A stretch of 64,000 nucleotides of DNA from contig CBFFRP010000182.1 in NCBI GenBank assembly GCA_965644295.1, positions 62,001 through 126,000 on the forward strand, read 5' to 3'. The position numbers were made by a program, and so were the translations under genes. Source of the stretch: Paraphysomonas bandaiensis. Lineage: Eukaryota; Protista; Chrysophyceae. The stretch's first letter is position 1; every line of letters begins with the position of its first letter. Of this stretch, positions 25,901-38,474 are shown piece after piece. The notes beneath the pieces were generated by a model that was not told the origin of the DNA, searched no databases, and saw nothing but the letters and a program-made list of their open reading frames with translations.

Positions 25901-28900
25901 TTACCCCGCAAGCATTCAGTGTTTTAACAATACTCTCACAAGCAATATCTTGCTCTTCTCCACCTTCATCGTCGCGCTGGTATATAGTCATTCCCCATAC
26001 ATCCTCAATCATAGTTCGAAATAATTTTATAATCCAAACAGCTGTTCTAGTATATCTCCCCGATAGACGTTTTTCTCTACCCGAGCTGTGTGTAACAATC
26101 TCTGAACCGCTTCTAATGTGATCCACTAGTTTCTTAATAAGTGGTTCATATCTCACTGTACTGGTTGACGTCCTGTCCGAAGTTGACGGTAGAGCGTTCA
26201 ATTTAGCCAAAAATAAACCAGTTTCACGCTTTATTTCTTCCTGAACAATAGGGCTCGAATTAATGTACTCCAGAAATTGAGCTATGGTTGACTTGACTCT
26301 GTCCTCATCTAACTCGTTTCTGATACAGATCCTATCTGTCGGAAGCATGCGGGGAGAAACGATGTCATCCTGCAGTGGTTGTCCTTTCGCCTTCGACAAT
26401 GCCTCCAGAGCCCCATAAAAATAGGTCTTATGTTTTGTACTCAGAAGTGGAGAGTTCATTTCATAAACTGTTTTAATATATGAGAAGAGATCATTTATGA
26501 TACCATCAATTTGAGAAAGCGTAAAACTGAATGTGCTCTTCTTCCCACCTAAAGTCAATGAATATTCTCGTCTAAAGGAAACGGGTTCAAAATACATCTT
26601 AAAGAAGCCACATGTTAGCATCGCACAGACCACGATAAATTCTAATCTTTGACGTGAGCTTGTTGGAGCATCCCAACCGTTAGCTTGAACTTGAGCGAGT
26701 TCACGTCTTGCTGTGGAAAGAACTTCCTTGCAGTATGCCATTAGCTTCCACACTTGATCATATTGTGCTAGCCCGGGAATACGCATTTCAACATCCAGTA
26801 CACCGTTATATAGAAACAACCCCGTTCGAATTTTTATTAGTAGTATACACTGAGGGTCTAATATAGCATCAATGACATCAACAAATGGAAACATAGCCTG
26901 AACTTTTGTCTCAATCGTGGTTACATTATAAACACCTATAGTACATCCATCAAGAGTTCGAAGAAGTTCGATGTGATATGCCAATTCGGCGGCAATGTCA
27001 TCGCAAGACACATCGTGTTTGTGTAAGTACGGCTGCATCAGCTTTACCTTCTTCGAATATTCAAAATGCGTTACTGGGCAAAAATATACTAGTATCTTTT
27101 TTTGACGGAGTGGAGACGATATTTGCTTGACGATTTCGTATTGGTTCTCCAGTATATTTTTTCCACCCGCAGATGTTATCGAGCTCAAAAGCGATAAATA
27201 CTGAGGAAAACGTCCTAACTTTGAGATATTCTCGGCAAAATCAGCAATATAGAAGGCCGGCACTCGTCGCATTAAGGATTCATTTTCCATGAAAATAGAT
27301 TTAACAACTTTGTGACTACTTATACCCTTATCAACAGAGCTGAGAAAAAAATCCAGCTGCTCGAACAGTTGTTCCTGATTTACAGGGTTCTTGAATGCAT
27401 ACCAGAACAGCAAATCGTTACATGCAGCCATAATAGCTACGGTATTGCGGTTGGATGAAGACATTGAGTTATCATTCAAAGCCATTGATAGCTTACTTAA
27501 CAGTTTCCAGCAAACATCCCAGCACCCGAAGTTGCGCAACAAACACTGCATCTCCAAGTCTTCTTCGTAATCATAATCAAATTCCAAAACGTCACGTCGC
27601 ACTCGGCAATTAGTTTTCAACGTGTCCAATATCGAGCAACATTTAGAGGATATTTCCTTGTCTTTGTCCTGGGTCCCATTACCCCACAACGCGAATGTTT
27701 CTATGAAGCGATCCAACTGTAAAATAATCGAATTTACTAATCTATACTGCGACTCTCTAGATGGAGAGCACAGCAATTGGACACTGGAACAATTAGACAA
27801 CATTATCGAAGTTCTCGTATGGTGTGCCATAAGCAGATCTAACACACTCTGCACAAGACTAGGATTTACATACATGAGAAGATCGAGTAAATAGTTATCA
27901 TATTCATTGTTGCTGACACTCAATTCATTTGCTTGTGCCAACACGGTAGAAAACACATCGATTGCCTTCTTTTCACATCCAGGAGTGATGGTAAAGGCGG
28001 CGTTTCCTCCACACCACTGATAAAATCCACGCAGAAGTAAAGTTAAATTCCGATTGTCCACTAGTCTCTGTACAGAGAATAAGGTATCAACCATCTCAAC
28101 CATAGTACTCAGCTCATGCGCAGGCGCTGTTCGGTACCTGGCAGGAAGACGCCATTTCTCTTTTTCATCAATATCATCAGGTTCTTTAGGCTTCAATGCC
28201 CTCGCCGCACGAATTATGCGAAGAAGACGCAGCATTCGCAAAACACGTAAACTTGACGAGAAATCACCAAAAGAACCCAACACATCCTGACTCGAAAGTA
28301 GAGCAATATCCAACACAACGACAAATATGTCCAACTGAACATATGGGTCATAAAAGAACTTTGACCAATTCTTGCGTACGAAATTGTGACAATACCCTCT
28401 TAGAGTGACTTCCGCAAGAAATATAAACCCAACTACAATATTAGTGATTAAAAATTCTATACCTTCAAGATTATATGCGATCTGGACAAGAGTAATAATT
28501 GCAGAAATAATGACCAGTAGAAGTATCAATACAAGCTCTGTTGTAGACTCCAGGAACAAAAGCACTGTCTTCTGCCAATATGGGACGACATTTCTTAAAT
28601 TTTCTAAACGTCCAAGTGCTGACTTCTGACGCGACAACTCAGCTGCACTCATGAACTCCTTCCTATCGATATCATGATTCTTCCTATTAAGTGCCGTCAT
28701 AATCGGAACAATGACATCATTCAGCATCTCTATCGATCCATAGAAGTGCAAGTCAACCAGTTTGTGAAGAATTGAAACGATGCTGAGTGAATGAGCCTCC
28801 CACGGCCCACCATCCGTCTTGATATGCTTCAAATGATTAGACAAGAACTGCTGCAAAATTGCAAATCGATAAAGTCTTTCACCATCAACAGAGGCTACAA

Positions 28901-31736
28901 TGTTTGCTTCATTTAAACATGAAAATACTCTTGACAAGTACGGTAATCTCTGCGTCGACTCAGATTCTCGGTCTACATAGAGTGATTGAATCAAGTTTGA
29001 AACCGCACGTATCAGATTAGAAGTACCGGCAGTTTTATTACCCATAGATACATTGAGCAATATTGCAATTAAATAATCGTATGGGTATAGCTTTTCCATT
29101 TCTGAAATTCCCATATAATTTCTATCCAAACATATTTCAGCAGCTAAAAAAATTTGGCCAGTAAAATAGTCGAGTACGGCTTCCTTATTGGCCACTGTAA
29201 CATTTACATCATTCAACTTTGTCGACTCCTTAAATGACGACTGATTCAGCACCGACCGCTTCCTCAATTTCGACGAATCTAGAAACGAAGCTGATCGACT
29301 GCGTTTAATAACGGGACCAGTTGGCTTTGTAATATTAGTTGTGATTGAGCTTAACGAGCCAGATACTGCAGCGAAATTGCGTTTTGCCCGGTTAGATCTT
29401 GCAAACTCGGAGAGGGGCACATACTCCTTTCCAAACAACCTCTGAGGAGTTAAATCGCTGTTTTCGGTCCTCCAGGTAATAGTGAGCTCTGGTATTCCTT
29501 CAGTAAGAATTTCGACACCAAGCATGATGACATCATCATACTTCGAGGGAATGTAAATGGATGGGAAAAAGAATTCTCTGTCATAATCTAAACGTGTTCT
29601 TTTGGAGCAATTCACTTTCATAAAGATCTTGTCCAAAACAGGAAATATGGAGTCCATCACATAACCCTGATTTCTGCTTATCGCATGGCCAGAGCAAGAG
29701 CAGAACGACTTTAACATTGTGAAGTACATGCTCTTCATGTTCGACTTTGGGTTACAAATTTGGTCCGTAAAAATGGTCACTTCATCCGCACCGATATGCT
29801 CAGTCTGGAGCTCCAAGTTGTCACTTAGCATTTCCTTCACAACTTCAGCAGCAATGTGCTCTACACCCACCCATCCTAATACAACATGCATGTGTCCGGC
29901 AACATAAATTTGATTCAAAGTGTGCCTTTTCACACACTGCAGCAAAAGCCGCAACAGCATCGACGACACTTGGGATGCCATTTTCAGAAGATTTCTACGG
30001 CATTCATCGAAGTCCAAATCAAAATCATGTTCATCATCACTGTTATCACGTTTATCTTCATCTGAATTACTATTGTCCGGCTTGACAAGGGGTAGCAGTG
30101 AATTCAGTAGTAACAAGATAATTCCTATTGTTCCTTGCTCGCGAAACATGTTTTGTCTCCGCTCAATGACAACATCATCACGGACACACTCTCCAAACTC
30201 ATTCACAACGTCGTCACTGTCGGCATCAACGTCCACATCTTCGACGATGTCAGAAATTGCGTATCCCTTGAGATATTCAATGCATTGTCCGATAACCTTG
30301 TAAAACTCTTTGTCTTTTGCTACATTTAATGAAGGCCATAGCCTCTCCGTGTCCATTTCAGTCGGGTCCATATCGTGGAAGTCCTCCATCGCATTCAAGT
30401 ATTCTTTCAGAAAGTTTCGAATGGTACAGCCGACGTACACATCAAGTGGAAGATTTGCTTGTGTTCCTGTCTTGTTACGTTCCACCTTTTCTGCGTCGTA
30501 CCGAGATATGAACAAATATATCGCATTAGACTTCTGATAAGTGCATTGGCATTGGTAGTGGGATATGTTGGCCACTTCTCGCAGTTCTCCTCTCTCAAGA
30601 TACACATGACTATGACTTATTTGAACCGCTTTCTTATCCTCAAGAAAAGCTTTGGTGCTATGAAGTACATGGAATGAGAGCAAAGTGCCTTTATTCGAGG
30701 GTTTGGTGGCCACAGTGAACTTGTGCTTCCCGTCGTCATCGATCTCCACGCACATATACTTCCCAGTGTTGACATGCTTAAGTCTCACAACATCAGCTTT
30801 CCATTGAACTAGTCCACCACTTATTATCGCTTTGGTTTCTATAACCCACAAAGAATTGCTGCTGACCTCCTTCTCAATGGGCTCCAATACAATTTCACCC
30901 TCCTCCGACAACTCCATTATACTATCGTCTTCACTGACTATATCCGGCATGTCAGAGCCATGGGGACATATGATTGGTGGACGCTGGAACACACTAAGCA
31001 CAGAGAGGGTTTCTGGGTCGGACATGTATACCAACTCAGACGCGTGGATAGCACTCGAATCAGTTGTATCGAGAGCACTCTGAAAGATATTCAACAGCCA
31101 GCAGGTCGCTTCCATGGATGAATTAACCTCCCTCAAGGAACTGGAGTACCCTGACTCTGCACAATGTAAATATTCACTCGGGTTACGTTCGGACACCCGG
31201 AACTTGATCTCTGAGTTGGAATGGACTTGGTCGCCCTGTTGGTTAATTTTGAATTGTGGCTCAATCACCATCCAAGAGTCCAAGCTTCCGGTCGGGTGCA
31301 AGTTTACTTTTATATTCGCTCGTTCCTGCTCGGCAATCTCGGTCCCAATAACCGTAATATATTTTTTAGACTTCAAGTGGAGAAGCTGCACGGCATCACC
31401 GAAGTGTATTGCGGATCCAAATTTCAGGCGCATATACTGCTCATTCAACACGTCTTCATTAGCTAGACCTCGCCTAAGTGCTTCAAGGTGTCTTGTCGAA
31501 CTACTATCATTGATTTCTCCTTCACTTGTATTCATCTCAAGTTCAGTTAAGAATTCATCAAGTTCAAGTGCAGCAGAGTATTGTCGTGGTAAGCATATCT
31601 GAAATAAATTATCCTCAAATGATTCCATCTTTCCAACAACAAGATCATCTCCTAATATCCCCTCTGCACATATATAACTCTTTAGTTTAACATTCTTAAG
31701 GGTTACAATATCTCCAAATCTGAGTGTATTAGACAT
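22955..31736 (-). CDS. IP3 receptor/RyR-superfamily Ca2+ release channel with an inserted voltage-sensor domain and a C-terminal C2-like domain (about 2900 aa, intron 24203-24254)
   Basis: N-terminal LRFGDIV, MIR repeats (VQLLHLKSKKY, VRLKHVNTGKY), RIH (RQNMFREQG), RIH-assoc (FMQLMCEGH..NQDIMREQ; EVIQGPC.GNQ), six-TM pore, DTFSELR, CFICG...HNMWNYLYF. Confidence 0.92.
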
Positions 31737-33314
31737 TTTAAAAGATCGAATATAATTAAATATTCGTTAATATAAGAGTTAACTAAGATAAGAGTGATAT
31801 CATTGACAAGGAGCCCAATGAACACCAATAAAAGGCTAATGAAATATCAAATCATATCACTTATGATCCATTACTTGCTAATAACATCAATGATGATGTT
31901 TATATAGTCTCTGCCCTCTACGTTTCCTGGACACTGTCATAAGGTGAATGATATAAGGGCTCATTGTACTGGTCGTATGGTATATATGTATATATATATG
32001 TACATGCTTATGTATATAGATATACGCAAATACACGTACCGTAATGTATGAAATGTAACGAAACGAAGTCCCGAAATGGTGAAGTATTTTGGACAATACT
32101 GGTCCGATATACGGATCCCATATGTGGGATTAGATGAAATCTGCTGTTTCTGGGAATACTGCTCGTAAAAACCACCCTTTTCATATATTTATGAAATATG
32201 TTGAATATCAAAAAACATAATATACCTAAAAACCATGGATTTCTATATTCCACACAGATACGTCAATGGACATGCCATATCTATGTGGACTTGTGACTCA
32301 ACGGCTTGCTGTATGTTTTCTTTAGATAGGACGAGTTCTTGGCGCTCTGATGTGATGCTCATGTATTCGTTACATGAAAATGCTTTGATGCCATTGTAAT
32401 CATTTCGGGGTGCAGTGAGAATGGAATCCTGCTCCACACTCCATGACTTATATATGTTCTACATGCAACATATATGGATTGGGACTGTTATATTTGTGTG
32501 TAAGTTCTGTCATACGAACCATTGTATCATGCTGTAATATTTGAGGCACTAATATATTTGCTCAATGTGGTGCCGTTTCAATGGTCAGATGTGCTCAAAT
32601 AAGTCTTATATGTTGGACTCGGGCGACTAAACACCAGCATCCACGACACATGATTTAAGGTCGTATATGTATTTGAAAAATGATACAATATACAATTTAT
32701 GTAGTCGCAGTCGGTTGTTGTAACATGATTACTTTGTAATTTCTATATATGAGTGTCATTTTATTCACTGCAATCTTACTAGCAAAGAGCTTATTGCTAC
32801 TCAATACTGATCAATGATCAATAAGGTATATATGTATATGAAATCATTTTCTATTTTCACTGAGTAATACTAGGAGAGCCTGGGGACTGGAAGCCAATAA
32901 CCTCACCATTTGAGTGGCTCTTTAGGTTTCTACTTCCTACCTTTCCTTTGGCCATTTACTAAGTAGTTAGGTGTACCTCAAGCAAACTATTATTAATATC
33001 TGTAACCAATCATTAGTTCGTATGATGTTATTAAACACTACTGCATTCTTCAATTAAAGGTAATAATTCAAATACCTTAGAACCTTAGGAATACAGCTTT
33101 TAACTGCTTAAGAACTACGAAACAGCAAAACTCAACTTAAATATTAAATACTACGACAATTATGACTATCGTGCTACCTTCACAAAAACTGGCGGCGAAT
33201 AAATAGCTTCGATAATATTAGTTCATGCACTCATTAATATCTTAGTTAAAGAAGAAAACGAGTTCAATTTTTCTCTAAGTCATACAGTAAACGGAATTTA
33301 CACACCAACTCAAT

Positions 33315-34267
33315 TTAAGCGTTGAGCTCAACAGCCTTGGCAATGCAAGCATCGCAGTCCATATCCTCCAGAGAGTCAAATAGAGACTTTCCCTTAACCT
33401 GGGGATCAACGCTCCATTCCTTGATGGTCTCAGCAGTAATTCCAGCTGCAAGGAGCTTGGCTCCGAAGGAGTCATTCTCAAGGTCGCCCTTGAGCCAGTT
33501 CATGCGCTCGGCGAGGGCTTCGAAAGGAGAGGCGCTAGCATGGACACCATTGTCACCAGTGTTAGGGACCTCAGAAAGGCCGAGAGACTGCCAGTTAGCG
33601 AGAATCTTGCCACGGATGGACTCGGCAGGAGCGTCAGCGGGGTCGGTAGGGCCAAGAACCTTTCCACGGAAGTCAGCCCAGGAGAGGTTGGAGGAGTTCC
33701 ATTCAACAACGTAGTAGTGGATAGAAGTGCCAGGGGCGACGAACTTGGAGCGCATGCTCATGAAAAAGCCGTTGAACACATAAATAGCGTCCTTGCCCTC
33801 AATGGTATCGATGAGGCCGCAGTAGAACCCGCCACCAAACTTGATGAGCTTGTCGGCCTTCTTGGCCTTGGCCCAAGCAGCGTCAAGGGCATCAGCATCA
33901 ATCTCCAAGTATGCGCATGCATCAAGAGCATTGTAGACCTTGTTCTGGGCAAGGGCATCTCCCCAGCTCACTCCAAATTTGGCCTCGAACTTATCAGCAG
34001 GGATAGGAAGCTGAACAGGTTTCAAGAGGGTGGCTGTTGAAAAAAGAATAAGTGACACACTTTGACATAACACCAAAAAACCTTACCCTTGGAGGCAATG
34101 GCGTAGTAATGCTGATCAATAAGCATGCCGTCATTGATCTGCTGACCAGTGAGCTCACCCTCGCTGAGGATGGTGATACCTCTGGAGTTGAGCTCCTCGG
34201 TGACAAGGGCCTGAGTAGCCGGGGTATTGGCGTGGGGCTTGATGAAAACAAAAGCACTGTTATCCAT
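33315..34267 (-). CDS. Divergent nucleoside-diphosphate-kinase-like protein, 2 exons
   Basis: NSAFVFIKPHA, IDQHYYAIASKA, WADFRGKVLGPTDP..A..SIRG, NGVHASAS (catalytic His). Strong codon bias suggests high expression. Confidence 0.8.
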
Positions 34268-34858
34268 TTGTTGTATTGTACTTGTGACGACGAGAGGGTT
34301 GTAAAGATGCAGCTAGAGCCTCTCTAAACACACGTAACTATCACCCACACAGTACCACTCCAGTAAAAAATATGTGTGGCTGCCAAAAGAAATCAGAAAT
34401 ACAGGGAATACCTTTCGACTACATGGAAGGTCTTACATAAAAAACCAAAAATGTATAAAATTATCCCCCAAAACCATATAAAAATTACAATTTCTGCTGA
34501 AAAACAATAAAATAAATCATACACTACAACAAAAGTACTAGTGTACCTACATATCTACAATTTTTTTTTGTATTTTGTATTTTTTACAAAAATTCCAGAA
34601 GGATAAAAAAGCGATAAAAATACGTGGAAAGACACATCCAGAATAACAATTTTGAAGATATTTGAGCGAAAAAGTCTTATAACCACAAGTTTAAGTTCCA
34701 TCATATATATATATATATATATATATTGCACTATAGTTTCCATAGAGTTCAATATATCCATAATGATATCTATACTAATGGTGTATGGTTATCATGAGAA
34801 TAGATGAACCAATACGCTATAGGAATCGTATTGGTATTGTAATGTAAAGGGGTTTGGT

Positions 34859-36493
34859 ATGTACTTTACCTCTGATCATGTTGATACAAAAGATAATAGA
34901 AATCATATCACTATAATTGATGAATATGTTAATGCTATAGTTCATCACATATGTGATGTATCTTTTGGTCCACTTGTTCATGATAATCCCACTATCATAT
35001 CTGCCTTACGAGCTGCTATCCCTCTATATAATAAAATGTTAGATTCGACACCACCAAAAGGCAGAAAGATGAAATATGCTCTAGAGGCTGCGAGATCATT
35101 AGGTGTTGACACCCCGAGTATGGAAAAGGCTGATGAAAGGAGATTGTGTTTTGAGGCAGCATTGGTTATGGTACTGTCATATAGACCCGAAGCTGCCGAG
35201 ATAAAATATAGTAGTGTATCAGAGCTTTGTGAGTCTTACCCTGAATTCCTGGATGTGGATCATATCGAGCAAGTAAAGCTATTGAATTTCCGCAACTTTA
35301 TGGCGATTTCACTTTTACTTCTTCCTCCTAATCACAACCGTTCCCATCTAATGGACGTTGTGACAAGAATAACAGAAGGTCGGAATGTGAAATATGTCAC
35401 TGGCTCAGGAGCGGCAGTGACGACAAGAAGACGGGTTCTCATCTATCAGAGAGAAGGTGGAGTAGTTCCTACTGTTCGGCCGCCGAGGAAATCTCAAGCT
35501 ACATCAATTGCGCAACCTGAGAGCAGTACATCTGAGAGAAAAGAAGATCATGACAACCAGCTGAATTATACATCATCTGAATTGCGTCAGGAGTTCCGTT
35601 CAACTGGAGATCGGCCTAAAGTCGGCGTATCTGGTGTTTCACGCTTAGTTCCCACGCCTCTTGTGCATATGCCGGTTCTTGCCGTTCAACCTCCTCTTCA
35701 AAATTACCCCGTGCCTGGTCCCCTGTTTTCTCCTTTTCCGCATATAATACCTTTTGACTCCTCTCGAGAGAACGAATTCTACGCGTGGCTAAGTGTTGTG
35801 TGGGAGGTGGGTGTGTCTGCGGAGTCGTACGGTTGGGGTGGCACCTTTTTAACTGCCCCTTGCGTAAAGCCAGAGACAGACTACGCTAATAGGGCTGCTA
35901 TGGCTTTTGCCAAGGCACTCGAGTTGTACTTTCATATCATAGTTCTGGCGGGCTATGACCCAGGCGAGGGTAGGGATGGTGTCGGTATGGGACAGTCCAG
36001 CTCGTCTGCACCGATTTCAGCCACTACATATTACCCTACTGTCCCTCTGACTGAGGGTAGACGACTGTACGATCTCTTTATGTGCACAACGACTGTCGTA
36101 GACAGCGCGATACACAGAGAGCACCTTTTAGCGATGGGGCTGTACTTCGGAGTGCGGCGGTGTATGAGTCTAGACCAGATCCAATATTTCGGAGATGTAT
36201 CTGCTAGTATAAGTGGTAACGTGTGCGTGGAGTACGCACAGGCAGTCGAAGTGTATTTTTCCCTTGTCTCTAAACCTAGCCCACGAGCAGATTCGGCTCT
36301 ACTCTTGAGGGCACAGAGTTGTATGATGGAGATCTTTTTTCGCCTCAGCTCTGCACTGCAGCTAGGTGTCGTCCGCTTCGTTGACACAAGTTGGGGTTCT
36401 CTCAGAGACCAGCTTTTCACCGATTTCGTTGTCATGTCCAGCTTTCGAGGTATGTACATGACAAATCCAGACGAAGCACTGGGTGAAGATTAA
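34859..36493 (+). CDS. Hypothetical protein, 544 aa
   Basis: Long intronless ORF with a globular basic segment (TEGRNVKYVTGSG..TRRRVLIYQREG), a Pro-rich linker and a helical C-terminal half. No family recognised. Confidence 0.7.
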   Translation: MYFTSDHVDTKDNRNHITIIDEYVNAIVHHICDVSFGPLVHDNPTIISALRAAIPLYNKMLDSTPPKGRKMKYALEAARSLGVDTPSMEKADERRLCFEAALVMVLSYRPEAAEIKYSSVSELCESYPEFLDVDHIEQVKLLNFRNFMAISLLLLPPNHNRSHLMDVVTRITEGRNVKYVTGSGAAVTTRRRVLIYQREGGVVPTVRPPRKSQATSIAQPESSTSERKEDHDNQLNYTSSELRQEFRSTGDRPKVGVSGVSRLVPTPLVHMPVLAVQPPLQNYPVPGPLFSPFPHIIPFDSSRENEFYAWLSVVWEVGVSAESYGWGGTFLTAPCVKPETDYANRAAMAFAKALELYFHIIVLAGYDPGEGRDGVGMGQSSSSAPISATTYYPTVPLTEGRRLYDLFMCTTTVVDSAIHREHLLAMGLYFGVRRCMSLDQIQYFGDVSASISGNVCVEYAQAVEVYFSLVSKPSPRADSALLLRAQSCMMEIFFRLSSALQLGVVRFVDTSWGSLRDQLFTDFVVMSSFRGMYMTNPDEALGED

Positions 36494-37183
36494 TATTTGC
36501 AGATGTTTAATGTGTGTGTCATTCTGTTTTGTATTTTAATGTATTGATGATCGGCCCGACATTTTCTTGTACCGAATTCTTTTGCCTGCATCTTCTCAGA
36601 ATCTTATTGGCAATTACATTTTCCTGAATTCTTGCCGTACTTCATATAGTTTCTATTCTGTAAGCGCTGATTGGCATGGCAAACATCAGATTTCCCGTGG
36701 GTCTAGATGGATATGATTTGCCGATATTATTATATGCTATGCTGCTTATGTTTTGTATACCTCATCGAATTATTACTGTACAATACATGACTATTCGCAG
36801 TTTACGTTGTAGTAGCTGATTTCTATGTACGAGATTTCTAGAACCATGTCATGTGTTGAATATTTTTATAATAAAGTGCATCGTTTTGTATAAGTAGAAT
36901 GGCGTATTACACAACCCATGCCTAACAGCCTCGACTATATTCAAGAACTAGCCAGTGATGTAGTATTCTTAGTGGATATATAAAAAAGTGAGATATTAGC
37001 GATTATTATCCCACAACAAAGTCGGACTCCCACCTGTTCGTGGTGTTCTGGAAGATAAGTACCAGAGATATTTTTCTCCGGGAAACTAACGTGAGCCACA
37101 AACATAGACAGCAGATAATTTTCTGCCCACTCACAGCCATATGCTACATTATCTTTCAACAGTCAGTTCTATATATAGTAGTA

Positions 37184-37562
37184 TATTATATTGAAAGTCT
37201 TTTTATTTAGCAATAGGCGTTAAAAACTCATTCCGATACAGTGGCTAGTTGAATGCTAGATCTACTAGTTAGACCTCTACCCATAACTAATTAGCACAAA
37301 TTCTATTATCCTACTATTTAGCGCTACAGAAGCTGCTTGTGCGTCGCCGCAAGCACCAAGGTGCAACCACTTCCGTTCTTGATGTTGTGTGTGAGTTCGC
37401 CCTGCTCGTGTGTCTGAGGACTCACTGGCGCGTGTTGTTCGGAGGTCTCCCCTTGGGATAAGGTTCCGCCTGGCTCTGAGGTACAGGGTTCTGTATTAAG
37501 GTCCTGAGCGTACCAAGCGCTAGATGTGTGTACTGAGAGGTTGATGGTGTGGTCATTAATGG
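37184..37562 (-). mobile_element. 5'-truncated LINE copy (3' UTR only)
   Basis: Reverse-complement homolog of 16260-16620. 10-bp TSD TATAGTAGTA at 37174-37183 and 37563-37572. Confidence 0.85.
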
Positions 37563-38474
37563 TATAGTAGTACTGGTCACTAATGGGATGCACGTTGTAT
37601 TAATTAATTGTGGTAGTAATACAGCGCGAGTAGATGAGCTCCTGTCTAATGGTAGAGGATTGTTTAGATAGAGAGGGAGAGACTTTGGAGGAGTTAAATC
37701 CTTTTGAATTATATCATGAGAGTATGATTTGATGGATGTTATGATCTTATCCATATCTTATATATGGATGAGTGAATATAGAATCCATGTATATATTATG
37801 CTTACATGTCATAGCAGCCATTATCACCCCTCTTTCCAGCCATCGTGAAGGATGGTGTGCAGCGAGAGGTTGCTCCACTCATAACCTTAGAACACCTTAC
37901 CTGCAGCCATGTCTCTAACGGAGTATCTCTATTGTTTTTCATTCTCCAAAAGCACTCAAACTGTGACTTCTGGTACCAGGTTATTGCTCATATTGCTGAT
38001 CAGTTTTTGGAAATTTTATGTGAGATAAATCCAATAGATTATATCATTATATTGCTTTATCGTAAAAATTGGATTTTTAAACACTAATGCTGTTTTGTAT
38101 CAACTTGCCAGTGTCGAATTGGTGGTATTTTTTTTTTCAATATATATATTGCAATTAATTGACAAATTATTGAAACTAACTGGAGTCAATAATAATCATT
38201 GCAATTATGATTTGCTGTCCAATTAATTGAATTGTAATAATTGATCTAGTTCACATCTCAGTATGAACCTTAATCATTTCTAGAATCCAATTCATTATCA
38301 AGACATGGTTACTATTTCTAAGTGACATAGCTATTCAAGTTTCTTTTAATGTCTACACTTGTATTTCTTGTATTAGTTAACATATAAACATAGATATTCG
38401 CCTGATGCATAAAAATACCTCTTTTTTGTTTGGATACAAATTTTAGTTCCTAAAAATCCGTAAAACTGTGTGAC

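Noticed and set aside
33322-34327. Antisense ORFs over the NDK-like gene (and over RPS12, UFD1 and the IP3R-like gene)
   Set aside because: Shadow ORFs caused by codon bias of the real genes.
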